From Camelus dromedarius (lineage: Eukaryota), in NCBI RefSeq assembly GCF_036321535.1, contig NC_087437.1, positions 11,100,001-11,164,000 of the forward strand: a stretch of 64,000 nucleotides of DNA, read 5' to 3'. Shown piece after piece: positions 38,096 to 50,991 of the stretch. Position 1 is the stretch's first letter. Every line of letters begins with the position of its first letter. Both the position numbers and the translations under genes were made by a program. The notes beneath the pieces are model-generated. The model searched no databases. It saw nothing but the letters and a program-made list of their open reading frames with translations, and had not been told where the DNA came from.

Positions 38096-38884
38096 CAGGG
38101 CACAGTGGAGGTGAAACTGAAATGGGAAGGAAGTGTGGTTTGGGGAACTAGCTGGATTCATCAGAATAGTTTAAAATGAGGAATAACCTTAAACATTTTT
38201 AATTGGCCTTAGCTTTACGGAAGCTTTTATTTTTTCCTTTCTCTTTCTCCCAATGCCTCTCCTTCACCCAGGTCCAAATGCTGAAGTGCCCCTATTTCAC
38301 TTGAGTTTGGAATGAGAGCACCCTAATGTTTAGGCTCTCCTCTCTTTTATCCACAGCCAGGTTGACCAGTCCTGTGTTCGGTTTCCCAGGGCGCTGGTGT
38401 CTATCACTGGGGTATAAGGGTTGATGAGGTAGCTTTCCCAGGAAATTTGCATTTTTTTTAACAAATGACTTTTGAAGACACAGCCACTCTCTAACTCTGA
38501 AGAGTTAGAGAATTTCTTACGGACTAACCCTTAGGCTCCATGGGGTTCATAACAGAGGCTCCTTAGAATGTCGGCAGCAAAAGGCAATTTCCACCGCAGC
38601 TACAGCACTCTGGGGACCGTCCAACCCGGATGCCACTCAGCATCCTCCTCTGGCACTGAGTCCAGTGGCCAATGGTGTGGCTGGTGACTGACATGGGCTA
38701 TTGCTTTGACAGCTACCCACAAAGCCTCAAGGGATGGAGGCAACCTTCAAAAGATGTGAGGCTCATAGACAGATTTTATTTCATAGGCATTATCTTGCGA
38801 GAGAGGGGCCAGCTTCCTTGGCAATGGCTTATTTTTACTTCCACTCTTCCCCTTTTCAAATGTAAATGTTAGTATCTTCTTTCT

Positions 38885-39267
38885 CTCTCTTTTTAAAATA
38901 GACTTTACCTTTTAGAGCAGTTTTAGGTTCACAGCAAAATTGAATGGAAAAGTATAGAGTTCCCACATACATCCTGTCCCCCCAAACACACACAGCCTCC
39001 AACACCGTCAATGTCCCACACCACAGTGGTACATTTGTTACCGCTGATGAACCTATGTTGACACATTATCATCATCCAAAGACCACAGCACATATTAAGG
39101 TTCACTCTGGGTGTTGTACATTTGACATTTATCCCACGCAGAACAGTTCCACTGCCCTATAAGTCCTCTGTGCTCTGCTCTGCCTTTTCATCCCTCTCTC
39201 CCCACTAACCTCTGGAAACCAATGATATTTTTTAACTGTCTCCATAGTTTTGCCTTTTCCAGTGTCA
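38885..39267 (-). mobile_element. L1MB/MC-like 3' end
   Basis: ttttagagcagttttaggttcacagcaaaattgaatggaaagtatagagttccca. Confidence 0.75.
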
Positions 39268-39800
39268 TACACAGTTGGCCCTCTGTATCCACAGGTTCCA
39301 CATCTGTGGGTTCAACCCACTGTGGGCTGGAATTCTGTACTACATGTTCCTTGAGGATTGGTCATGGTCCTCACTCCAGGATGCAAGCTATTGGAATAGT
39401 CACTCCCTGGAACATTGCCAGATGCAAAGAGGGCATGGTACAGCATGCTTTTAGAGCTTTTGCTCAGAAGGTTGTTGGAAGCAAGTCCCATGGGCATACA
39501 GTTAGCCCTCTGTATCTGCAGGTTCCACATCTATGGGTTCAACCAACCTTAGATTGAAAATACTTGGAAAAAAAATCCAGAAAGTTTCCAAAAGAATACT
39601 GGCAACGATTTACATAGCATTTACATTGTATTAGGTATTATAAGTAATCTAGAGATGATTTAACGTATAGGGGAGGATGTGTGTAGATTACAGGCAAATA
39701 CTATACCATTTTATATAAGGGACTTGAGCATCTGTGGATTATGGGATTTGCAGAGGTACTGGAGTCGATGCCCTGAGGACTCTGAGGGATGACTCTGGTT
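39268..39800. mobile_element. TcMar-Tigger (MER2-like) element with duplicated end
   Basis: cagttggccctctgtatcc...tttacatagcatttacattgtattaggtattataagtaatctagagatg...gagggatgact. Confidence 0.7.
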
Positions 39801-40403
39801 GGAACCATACAGCATGGCCTTTTCAGGGTGGTGTCCACTTTATGATTTCTGCCTTCTACACTGTGCATATTTGCCTCATTTTACCTGTGCAGAAGCAGAT
39901 AGTGGTTGATACCTAAAATGAAAAAGCAAGCTTACAAAGTGTAGCCCAGCAAAGTCTTGCTTCAGCATCACAGAGTGTGATACAGAGCTGAGGTAGGGAA
40001 GGAAAGAGGACCACACTGAGTAGAGAGCTGTATAGAGGGGCCTGCGGAGGGCCTTAGAGAGAAGCAGGGCTCAGAGATTGTGCAGGGCTTTGTAGGTCAG
40101 CTTAAGGCACTGGAGTTTTTAAAATAAAAAAAAAAGCTATTGGAGGGTTTTCACAGAGTAATCAGATCCCATTTACATTAAAAAAAATACACTGACTGGT
40201 GAGAATGACTGTAGGTGGATACAGGAGCATTTTCCCTGTTAGGGAACTATCACCGTAGCCCAGGCAAGAGATTATTGATGGTGGTTTTATCTGGAGAAAT
40301 AGTAATGCTGATGCAGAGAAGCATAAAGACTGAAGACATCTTAGGAAGGTAGAACAGCTCAGAATCTGTTAATGGGTTGAATGGCGTTATAAAAAGCAGT
40401 GAG

Positions 40404-40545
40404 CCGGGGACAGTATAGCTCAACCTGTAAAGCGCATGCTTAGCATGCATGAGCTCCTGGGTTCAATACCCAGTACTCCTCTAAGAATAAATAAACCTGA
40501 TTATCTCCCCGCACCAAATAAAAATAAATAAAGTGAACTTCTAAA
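40404..40545 (+). mobile_element. vic-1-like SINE
   Basis: gtatagctcaa...gcatgcttagcatgcatgagctcctgggttcaatacccagtac; flanked by aaaaagcag. Confidence 0.85.
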
Positions 40546-41755
40546 AAAGCAGAGAGAGAGAAGAGAAACCTGATTTGCTGACTTCAGGAAGTGGGAGATT
40601 TATCAAAAAAGTAGATTGAGATGGGATAGGGCGTGCAGGTGATGGGGGTGGGGAGGGCGAGAAGTGAAGTTTCTGGACTTAAAACGTCTTACACATTCCA
40701 TTTTCTTCAACATTTTAAGCTGAAAATTTCAAAGAGCAACTTGGAAAGAATTTTACAGAGAATACCCACATACAACATCTACAACCACCACCTTCCTATA
40801 CTTCTATCCATCTTTCTTCTGTAACGCATTGAACTGGCGGACATCAGTGCACTTCCCTCTTCATACCTCAGCACATGTCATTTGTTTCTAGGTTTTTTTT
40901 TTTTTTAATGTAAAACTTACATACAAGGTGAAATGCACAAATCTTAAGTGTGCATTCGCTGCATTTTGACATACATTTGAGATGCCTAAAGGACATCAAA
41001 GGGGCGTAATCAAACGGGCTGCTGGATACAGAAATCTGGAGCTCAGAGGACAGGTCACGGTTTGAAAATAAAATGTAAATTCGGCAGTCATCAGAACACA
41101 GGTTTATGTGAGCTACTAGATTGGATGAAGTCACCGAGGCGGGTGTAAAGGAAAGAGATTTGGGCTGTGTCTGCAGAGTCCCGCGTTTAGAGATCCGTCG
41201 GTGGGAGAGCGGACCTGTGGGGTGGTCAGGGGTTGGCCCAGCCCCGGGTTATGAAAAGCGGGTCTCCTCGGCGCCACTGGGCCGTCCAGGTAAACGTCCG
41301 AGGCGACCTGAGGTGTCACTAGGAGGAGGAGGGGGCAGGTCTCGGGAGGTGTACGTGGAGGGGACTCCCAGCCCGAGGCGGGAAGGTCGGCCGGGAGGAG
41401 GGAAGTGCGGAAGAGGAGGGGAAGCAGGGTGAGGGCGAGCAGGCGTTGGCGGAGGCCGGGAAGAGGAGGGGGAGGGGAGGGGCGCGGGCGGCGGGAGGGG
41501 GCGGAGTCGCCGCAGCGGCCGGCCGAGGGGCGGGCGGAGGGAGGGGGTGTGTGCGCGGGTCACATGGTCGCGGCTGCCCTCCCCGTCAGCCGCCCTCGCC
41601 GCCGCGGTGCGCTGGCTGCAGGAAGCCGCCGCGCTGCCGCTTTGTTGTCAGGGACCCCGCGAGGAGCGCCGCTCGCCGGCCGCCGCCACCCTCTGTCCCC
41701 GCAGCCCGAGCTCCGGCCGCGGGGCCTGGGTCCGGGCTTCCCGCCCGCCCTGCCC

Positions 41756-41809
41756 ATGAGGGGGCCCCACGACCACCGCTGCCTCCAGCCCGGGGCGGCG
41801 CGGCGCTGA
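41756..41809 (+). other. Upstream ORF (17 aa, MRGPHDHRCLQPGAARR) in the NR1D2 5'UTR
   Basis: cccATGa ... TGA ending 64 nt before the main ATG. Confidence 0.55.
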
Positions 41810-41873
41810 GGCGGCGGCGGCGCTGCCCCCTCTGCGGGAAGCGGGCGGCCTCGGCCCCCTCCCCGAGGGCACC

Positions 41874-41889
41874 ATGGAGGTGAATGCAG
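41874..41889 (+). CDS. NR1D2: NR1D2 (REV-ERB beta) exon 1 coding part
   Basis: Strong Kozak gcaccATGG; MEVNA(G); donor CAG|gtaaga. Confidence 0.95.
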
Positions 41890-42106
41890 GTAAGAGCAGA
41901 CTGCGGCGGGTTGGGCGCGGCGGAGGGACGCGCGGAGCCCCGCGGGGCCCTCCGAGGGCGGCGGCGGGGGCCGGGGGCCGACGGGGAGGGCCGCTGCTCG
42001 CCGTGGACTTGCCTCGGCCGCGGCGCTCGGCGCCCCCCAGGCCGCCCTCTCTGCTCCCCGCGACGCCGCAGCGCGGCCCGGCGGCGCCGGCCCGGCTCCC
42101 CCCCCT

Positions 42107-42306
42107 CACATGGCCCGGCCGCGCGAGCCACGTGCGCGCTGTGTTTACGTTCGGCGGCGCGCGGGCCCCGGTTGGCTGGGCGGGCGCGTGACGCGGCATT
42201 ACATAATGGGCGCTGGGGCGGCGGCGGGCGGGGACACGTGAGGCCGCTCGGCTCCGTGACCCACATTCCCGGGGGCCGCAGGGACACGTGGGGGCGGGTG
42301 CACGCG
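42107..42306. promoter_or_regulatory. NR1D2: Circadian cis-element cluster (E-boxes + D-box)
   Basis: CACGTG at 42129, 42235 and 42285; CACATG at 42107; D-box ATTACATAAT at 42198-42207 (TTATGTAA on the minus strand). Confidence 0.75.
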
Positions 42307-45300
42307 CGCCGGCCTGGAGCGCCGCAGCCCCGCGGGAGGCCCCGCCCCGCCGGAACCCTCGGGCTGTGACGTGGCCGCGATCCCCTCCTCCCCCGCGGGG
42401 TTGCTCACTGCGGAGGAGGCCGCGCGTGCGCGCCGCGGGGACTCGCGGCCCGGCTTCCCGAGCGGGCGCGGATGGCGCCGGGCACCGCCGCCCGCGCGGC
42501 CCCGAGGTGGCCCGCGCGCGGAGCCGCGGCCTGGCGGGCAGTGAGGAGGAACCGCGGAGCGTGGGCGCGCCCGGGGCCGAAGGAGGGCCGGCGGGGAGGG
42601 CGTGGGGCTTCCCCGACGCCCGACCCTCCTCGGCGCTCGGGGGTGCGTGGCTCCCGAGCGACGCCCTGCGGACGGGCCCACGACAGCCCTCGTGGTGGTG
42701 CTGCCTCGAATTTGCAAAAAAATAAAAAATAAAAAAAATTCATTGTTTCAGTGACCTCCTCTGGGCCGCGACCTGCCTTACACGCCTTCCGTCACAAAAG
42801 TGGGCCGAAGGTCCTCTCGGGCTGGCAGCCTGTGAGCGGGTCCCACCCTTAGTGACTCAGGTGACCCCGAGTGATTCCCAGGCCTCCCGTAAGGCTGGCT
42901 GTTGCCAGTTCGCGTAATTTTTTTTTTACACTCATGGCTCGCTGGCCTTCCCCGAATCTGATTAACAAAATTTGACCTGATCAGTCCTTCTCTTGTCTTG
43001 TTTCAGCGCCACAGAACAATTCCGGGTTCCCTTCTGCCCTTTGTCTGACCCTAGACGAAGGATGGCCCTTCCCTGAAGCCAATGAGGTTGCAGAAGCAGC
43101 CAGTTATTTTTTTTTAAGTTACTTTTTCTAGAAACCATACCCTCCTAACATTGTGAATTTTCCACCAACAGTGAAAAAAGTCATTTTTCTGTGTTTTCGT
43201 TACCTGTGGGCCTACTTACCCCTTGGAGGATAGTTTAAAAATTTGAGTAAATCTATCATGGAATTGAAGTTTCACTTGGTCAGAATTTAGAGATTGTAAG
43301 GTTCAACCCCCTCTAACCCAGCGTAAGTGAATTCCTCCAGCTTTGCAATCGGATAAGGTGGGCGGCCCAGGTGGTTAGAAAGGTTTTTTTCTGTTTTGAA
43401 CTTTACTGGAACATTATGTCTGATGTTAATTTTGGCTTTTGTGGCTACAAATGATTACATTTCATTTGGATGATTATTGACACCGGCTTCCTGCTCCCAT
43501 CCCCTGCCAGTTCTTCCATTGTCAGTTCTCAGCCCTTGGTCTTTGCTCTGTTGTTTTTTTCTGATCGTCATCCTTGTTACCCTTGGGGATGTGGCACCCA
43601 GAAGTGAACAGGCTCCTGTGGAAGTTGTTGGACGGTTACCAAGTTCCAAGCTGGGAATTCTGCTGTAAGTGAATTCTCTGCAGGCTTTGCCTTTGTGGCA
43701 TATTGCTTTGCTGACTCACAGTAACCTTGCAGTCAACTAGAACCTTTTCATGTGAACTGTTTTGAAGCTAGGTTTCATCCATCGTGCAGTTAATGGTTTG
43801 ACCTGAACTGTAGGAACTTGAAGTTACCCTTCTTAAATTTTCTCTTACTCCTTTTGGCTTCAAGGTCAGGTTGTCACAAGCTGTTACCCAGTATACTAAT
43901 AATTTCTGCCATCCTTCTGAGGGAACTTTGATAAGCATTCCCTTTAACTTCCTCCTGATTGTTGTAAATGTTGCTAGGATGGGGCCAAGTTCAGTGTTGT
44001 GTGGCATACCTCTGTCTCCTCCCTTTGGGTGGATACCATTTTATTAGTCAATACATAGTCAACCAGTGACCAGTCTCTCTGTCCTATAAATCATGACACA
44101 TTGTGTCTCTGCCCTCTCCATGACTAATACAGATGTGAAATAGTGAAGTTGTAGAAATTGACTCCACATTTTTGTCACAGATTTTGATTGAGTATAGCAG
44201 TTTTTTTATTGCACGAACTTCATAACCACGGGGGTAATGCACATTTTAAAAATTAGGAAAACATTCCCACATTCTTATCTTTATAAATCTGTATTCTACC
44301 ATGTTTCTCCAAACTTGAAAGAAAAGATCAGAGGAAGGTAAGAGTAAAGAAAACTTCACTTGGAGAGAGAAGCAATAAGATAGTGGGAAGAATCAGAAGT
44401 GAAGCAGGAAGTTGCTTGACTAGTCATTGGAGTTAAGGGATTCAGAAGGTAGCATGGAAATAAACCTACAGAGAACCCACTGGGTGTAGATGTCACCTTC
44501 AAAACTGAAGGAAAGAAGAATGGGTGGAGGGTTGGTTTTGTTTGAACTATTCTGATCGAACTCTTCCAGTATAATGATGGTAAAATAATAATCACCAGTA
44601 TCTGTTGAGCATTTATATGCCAGGCCCTTTACATGTGTTACTACTTTGATACTTCACATGAATTCTATGAAAGAAAGTACTGCTGTCACCACTTGAAGGT
44701 GAGGGTCTAAGTAAATTGAAGTTTAGTAACTTACCCAGGCAAGTGGAGAGCCTGATTTTGAATCCAGAAAGTCTACTTGGGGAGCACAAGGTAACTACTG
44801 TGCTGTGCTAGGTTTTAGCCATAGAACATTTGAAGGTATATACAAAACTTTGGTGGTCCTGTCTTCTTGAGGGTGAAGAAGATACTGAATGCATCCATAC
44901 AGTTTGCAGTGGTATAGGGTCATAGCTGGTGGAAGAAGGACAGGGCTCAGCAGAGCCTCCCAATTTCATCATTCCTCTTTTTTTAATCTTGCTGCTAGTA
45001 TGGTTTTGTCCCCAGACACTAGATTACACTACCCCCCTGCCACTCCCCCCCATTTACATGAAGACAAGAACACTGTTTTACAAAATAAGATCGTTTTGCT
45101 TTTTGTCACTGTGTTCTTTGTTTTCTTAAATAATCTCTTACATGGTATGTCCTTTAATAATTTACATATTCTTTAAGATCCCACTTGTCACCTTGGCTAT
45201 GTTCGCCTCTCTTGATCTTTGCCCTCCATAGTGCTCTTGTGCCATCAGCAGGTCACAGTAATTTGTATGAAACATTGCTCACATTGCATTGGAATGAGTG

Positions 45301-45475
45301 GTTAACATAGCTGTGTCCTCAGTTGGCCTATAAAGGCGTTTTAGGGAAGGGACCATGTTCTCTGGAGCCCTGACACTAGCACACAGTTGGAAGTTTAGTG
45401 CTTCATTAGATCCACTCTATCGTCCTGTGAGTAGAAATTATTAATAACTTACTTTTAAAATGAGAAAACTAAAGC

Positions 45476-45605
45476 CTTTTAAAAAAGTTTTTTTTGGGGG
45501 GATGTAATTAGGTTTTTATTTACTTTTGATGGAGGTACTGGGGACCGAACCCAGGACCCTGTGCATGTGAGGCACACATTCTACCACTGAGCTATACCCT
45601 CCCCC
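45476..45605 (-). mobile_element. vic-1-like SINE
   Basis: Perfect 15-bp TSD tgagaaaactaaagc at 45461-45475 and 45606-45620. Confidence 0.92.
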
Positions 45606-46169
45606 TGAGAAAACTAAAGCTTCTTAATGGTTAAAAATGTTTTGTTTTAAGCCACAGGCAAAAAAAAGTACAGTCATGACTTGAACATAAACATACTTTC
45701 CAGGATGATGGGCAGTGGGGAATTTGATGATGGGCAAGTCTAGAATTAGAGTAAGAAAATCCCAGTATCTGCAGGGACAGCAAGTGCTTCCCAGCAGGAC
45801 AAAATTGGATGTTGACTTCTGGCTTGTCTGGAGTTGACCACTGGGTAAGCCCTAGCCTGGGAACCTGGCCCAGCTCCAGGGTCCTTTTCAACTAAAAATA
45901 GAGAAGACTCTGCCTCAGCTAATTTTAGCTGGAGGCAACTAAGATACATTCTGCCTGTTTCTGGAGGTGTTGGACTTGCTGGTTCAGGGATTTGACCTTT
46001 CTTGCTTTATCGTTAAAAACTCTTCGTGTAAAAAAGCACATTTATAAACACCATTTCTTTTCAATCTTGTAATAACTCAGGCAGATATTCCCATTTTGTA
46101 GAAGATGACTCAGGTTTAGAGAGACTGAAAGTGACTTGCTTGCCTAGGTTCTCCTCAGTAAGAAACAGT

Positions 46170-46330
46170 AGTCCCTGCTCTGGAATTAGACAGCCTTGAC
46201 TTTTTAGCCCTGGCCCTGCCACGTGGTAGCTGTGTTACTTAACCTCTCCGAGTCTGAGTTCCTCTTCTGTAAAATGGGGTAATGGAAGCCAACTTATAGA
46301 GTTCTTGTGAGGATGAAATATGATGTGAAA
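46170..46330. mobile_element. MIR
   Basis: ttacttaacctctccgagtctgagttcctcttctgtaaaatggggtaat core. Confidence 0.7.
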
Positions 46331-47554
46331 TTGTGTCATTTTATTCTCGACATTCTTGCTGATTTGTGTTTTTCACTTCCCTTTCTTCATTGAGTTGAGG
46401 AACTTCTAGATGTACTCCTTACCTTCTAGGAAATTAAAATTTAACCTATTTGGGTTGCTCACCATCAGGTTGGTAGATTGGTGTCTGATACGTGCTAAGA
46501 CAGCCAAGTCAGTGCCAAAGGTTTTGATAAGAGAATGTAGCTGCCTCTCGGTGGATCATCTTTGGTTCCATGGCTCCTGGCGCAGATGCTTGTTGTAAAT
46601 GATTGTTGAACTTCCTAAAGACAGGAATTGAATCTTAACTGGATTGATAGTAGCCCAGTAATTTTTCTTAGGTGTGATTTTGGAGCTTTTGCAAAGGCAG
46701 GCGCGATTTGGGTAATTAATAACAATACCTTCCATTGCCCAATCAGGGCTTTAATCCGGTTCTTAAGCCGCCAGGATAGCGTGTTCATTTCCAAGCGGAG
46801 GTAGAAGACCTTATGAACAGAAATGGCTGACTCAAATGCTGGCCCTAGGAAGGCCTTACTTTCTCATGTTTTGAGAGAATGAGATGTTAGTGAATTTACT
46901 ACCTGAGATAGTACTTCAGACAGATAGCTGTGAATTTTGGGGGAATTTATTGAGGACTAAGGATAATATTTTTCTTTGTATCCCATTCTGAGCAAAAGCA
47001 AGTGTGCAAAAAGTAGCAGTTTGCTACCACCTGGAATTTCTAATGGGATCTTCAGATCTCTAAAGTTTTATAAAAACATCTGGCACGGTGGTTTTACCCA
47101 GCACCATGACATTTGATAGACTTCCAGTTTAAAATCATTTCTCTTTGGACTCTGTGTTAGGGATACTCAGGCAGTTATGTCTGAAAAATCAACCCTGAAA
47201 CCTGTGGGCCAGTTTGTGCTTGAATTCACTGGTTGTAGCCGTCCTTCTACTTCAGCGTGCAGAGAATCACCTGGAGAACCTGTTCAAGTGCTCAATCCTG
47301 AGAGTGCCTTCTCTAGTCTGGGCAGGGCCTTGGAAATGTGTATTTTGAAAAAAGCAGCAGGTGGTTCTGATGATATTTATTTTGCATAATCTCTCCGAAT
47401 GGTGGAATAAATTCAAAGTTAGGAATCTCTTTCTTGTGTTTGGAGTGTTAGGAGCTTTTAGATTTTAAAATCAGTGGTAAATGAAATTCCTATTATTAAA
47501 ATTCTCCTTGGTTGCTTTTTCTCCCATTGAGCACAGATGACGTAGTTGGCTTGT

Positions 47555-47710
47555 GACAGTGGTTCTCAAGCTTCACTGTGATTCAGAATCATCAAGGTGA
47601 TTAACGTTTCTGATTGAATAGATCTGGAGTGGGGCCTGAGAACTTGCATTTCTAAGAGAGTTCCAGGTGATGCTGAAGCCGCTGGTCCAGGACCACACTT
47701 TGAGGATGAC
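47555..47710. mobile_element. MER5A-like hAT MITE
   Basis: cagtggttctcaa...ggggcctgagaacttgcatttcta...ccaggtgatgctga...ggaccacactttgag. Confidence 0.75.
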
Positions 47711-48192
47711 TGGCTTTGCTCTGGGCAGGTGATAAGCACATGTCAAGGGCATTTGGAAATGGATCAGACTATAGAAAGAGCAGATTCATACCTCCACCAC
47801 AAGACTGATGCCAGGCATATGCTTCAGGAGTGGAAAGTGGATGGAATTGTCCACATTGTTGATATTTTTTGTCTTTAAGACTCAAGTACATTTAGTTGCA
47901 TTTGTGCATATTACTGTGTATGATGATCACTGTTGTGTTTCTCTTGGCGTAGTAGGCACCTGTTTCAACTTCTCTTCTGGTTTGTAATCAAACTCCCTGA
48001 GAGTTGTGGTAGCATTTTACTTCTTAGGGGCTTCCCGGCTTGGATATGTATAATTGGTACTTAAGTATATATCTGGCTCCTAATGTCAACATGACAGACT
48101 AAAAGTGACTTAAAATTCCTTTGCCTTTTTTTGTTCTCCGTAAACAGAAATGTCTTTCTGTTCTTTGGAATTGATTTGGCTACAGCATTTTG

Positions 48193-48195
<3 letters not shown>

Positions 48196-48244
<49 letters not shown>
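48196..48244. repeat. (TG)n microsatellite
   Basis: About 24 uninterrupted TG units in NR1D2 intron 1. Confidence 0.97.
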
Positions 48245-48246
<2 letters not shown>

Positions 48247-49746
48247 TTGAACTTGAATGACTTAAAAGTGTGACTCTTACCTAAAAAAAGATTGGGGAAT
48301 CATTTCCCTCTAGCAAGGAAGGTTTTCATTTCAGAGTGAATGCTTAAATTGCAGTTGTTCCTTTGGGAATGTGTAAAATTCACTTTCTCTTTCAAATAGT
48401 CATCTAGGTTCTCAAAAATGCCTGTTTTACTTGTGACTTCCTAGTGATGTTTCATCTTGTTAAGGATCTGTCCACGTTATTAGATGTGGGCTTCACAAAG
48501 ATAGAGAAGTAGGTCTTAGAAATCTTTATGGCAGGCTTATTACCTGTAAAGCATGTACAGAGAATTAAGAGACCCTAGGTGCTTATAGTCTCTCTTGTTA
48601 AGAAATAGATGGAAACAGGAAAACAGTAGGTTTAAATAAAAGTTCAGGACAGCGATGGAAGAAGGATAATTAACCTTTGTATCTGATGCACATTGGAAAA
48701 GCCAATACATGTTTGCTGACGATGGAGAGAGAAAAAGAAACCACGGCAGAACTTGGCAGAGAAGATGAGAATTACTTGTTTGGCCTGGGATTCAGAAAAA
48801 TAACATGTTTGGCCCTGAGGTTACTCTTGCAACATGTTATTGCTTTGAGGGAAGAAGTTTGAAATTATACCCTAAGAGTAATTTTAAATGCTATTTCTTA
48901 ACCTTGCAGGTTTACAGTCTCTAAGAGGTCTGGGTCAGTTTTCAGGGGGTTGTGGAGGTTACATGAATGAAGTTATGAAGAGTGTTCTGAAAGTAGCTCC
49001 GTGAAGAGGGAGTTAGCTTCCAGCGTGCATTCTCCTTCCAGCCTCTTTGACATTTACTGTAAATAGTGAGTCAGGAAAGCAAGTAGTGAGTCTGGATTCC
49101 TTAAGAGCTGCTTAGAGTTAAATGTGTCTGCAAGTCCAACGGCAGAAGTGTGTGGAGAGAAAAGAGTGTTTTCTTGGAGTTTAGTGGATAATCATAGAGT
49201 CTTCAGGGAGCATCAAAACAAAGATTTTGGGAGCAACAGCCGTGAAGGGTTTTTCATCTGGAGAAATTACTTTATCTGGAGTTCCAAATGTTAATCTGTT
49301 CTTGACTGACCTTTGTTTCAGCCAAGTGCTGGGGAAGGTAAAAGATGAACTCATTGTTCTGGGATTGAGTCATATAAAGGTATAATGAGGGAAGCAAAGA
49401 GAGGGCGAGAACCAGATTTCTTCACGGCCAAAACAACTTGTTGACCCTAAACTGTGTCACTCAGGAAGGTTTTTCATTCCTTTTAGGAATAGATTGGAAA
49501 ATGAAAAACTTTAGGTTTGAATCTGCATGTGCTCAGAATGCCTAATCAGTGGGAATTATATGGCTTTGAACTTTGAGGAAGCAAGAGTAGTAGGAAATAG
49601 GGAAGGAAATAAGTTACTTTTTCCTTTTGGGGTAATTTTAATCATTAACCTGTTTCTGAAGTTAGTGACTTTACTGTTCAGATTTGCAAAAGTAGAAACT
49701 ATATGTTATCGTGTGTCTAATTACCTGATTTGCCCCTCTTTTCTAG

Positions 49747-50013
49747 GAGGTGTGATTGCCTATATCAGTTCTTCCAGCTCAGCCTCTAGCCCCGCCTCTT
49801 GTCACAGTGAGGGCTCTGAGAATAGTTTCCAGTCCTCCTCCTCCTCTGTTCCATCTTCTCCAAATAGCACTACTTCTGATAACAACGGGAATCCCAAAAA
49901 TGCTGACCTCTCCAACGCTGAAGGCATCCTAAAGAAGGATCGAATCGATTGTTCTATGAAAACAGGCAAATCGAGTGCACCTGGCATGACAAAGAGTCAT
50001 AGTGGAGTGACAA
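49747..50013 (+). CDS. NR1D2: NR1D2 exon 2 (Ser-rich N-terminal domain)
   Basis: (G)GVIAYISSSSSASSPASCHSEGSENSF...KSHSGVT(K); 267 nt; AG/GT. Confidence 0.97.
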
Positions 50014-50902
50014 GTAAGTTACGTTGGCTTCCTAAGGGTTGGTACCGCTAACTGTAGGCAGGGCTTGCTTTATCAGCTGTTCATTTGGGGGACCATTTTA
50101 TTTTTGGGTGTAATTTTCACTCTCTTCTGGGTAATCATAGTTGAGTGATTAGATAAGAAATCATTGGTGGTCTTAAAATTTGCTGCCTAGGGGCTGTCAT
50201 AATTGATTCTTGCCAAGGAGCAAGATACGTGGCTACGTACTCTGACCATGTTTTCTCTAGGGTACCCCATTGCACAGCACTTCGGCACTTCTGAGTCTGG
50301 TTTTTAGAACTTACTCGTGGAAAAGGGTTTGTGTTCATGCAGTTGGACCTAGGAACATTTGGAATTAGGAAACAAAGGAGGATTGGGAAAGCCAAATGAG
50401 TAGTGGAAATTTGGACCCCTGAGTGAGGGTGGAGGTAAGATGGGCCGGTACAGGGCAGGATCAGGAAGGAATGGGGCCCGTCTGGTGCCTTCAGGTGAGC
50501 TCAACTGAGTGTCTGTAGAGCAGCCTGTGGAGACACCCCTTGGCACCTTTATTGATTGACATCTCTGCCTGACTTCTTAATTCTTATCCAGCAGAATTGT
50601 TTTCTTAGTTTGGTTGCATATCTGATGTAAAGTAACTCTAAAATCAGTGTATGTTTAAAACCATCAGGAAGGGAAAAGCCAGCTCTGTGAGATATTTTTG
50701 GCAGTGCTGTAAAATGTTTAAAAGAAAACCACAATTTCTTTTAATTTGTTAATTTGGGGTAAAGATTTTTCTTTTACATTATAAACATAGATTTGTATAT
50801 TAAAGTACTTACAAGTTGAACAAAACATTCAATTGGAAAGAAAACGAAACAGTTGTGGTTTTTTCTTCCAGCTTTTCACTCTTGTGTCTGTTTGTGCCTT
50901 AG

Positions 50903-50991
50903 AGTTCAGTGGCATGGTTCTGCTGTGTAAAGTCTGTGGGGATGTGGCGTCAGGATTCCACTATGGAGTTCATGCTTGTGAAGGTTGTAAG
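50903..50991 (+). CDS. NR1D2: NR1D2 exon 3 (first C4 zinc finger)
   Basis: [29 protein letters not shown]; 89 nt. Confidence 0.98.

Larger units (their letters stand above)
41180..42720. promoter_or_regulatory. NR1D2: NR1D2 CpG-island promoter
   Basis: Extreme GC/CpG density, GC boxes, GGGTCACATG (nuclear-receptor half site overlapping an E-box) at 41557-41566. Confidence 0.92.

Noticed and set aside
41121..42743. Long ORFs (up to 233 aa) around the NR1D2 start
   Set aside because: Same GC artefact; only the 16-nt coding exon and the short uORF have support.
42400..43225. Minus-strand donors (42408, 43219) as a possible far-upstream NKIRAS1 first exon
   Set aside because: Based only on a vague recollection of human isoforms; the sequence alone cannot support it.
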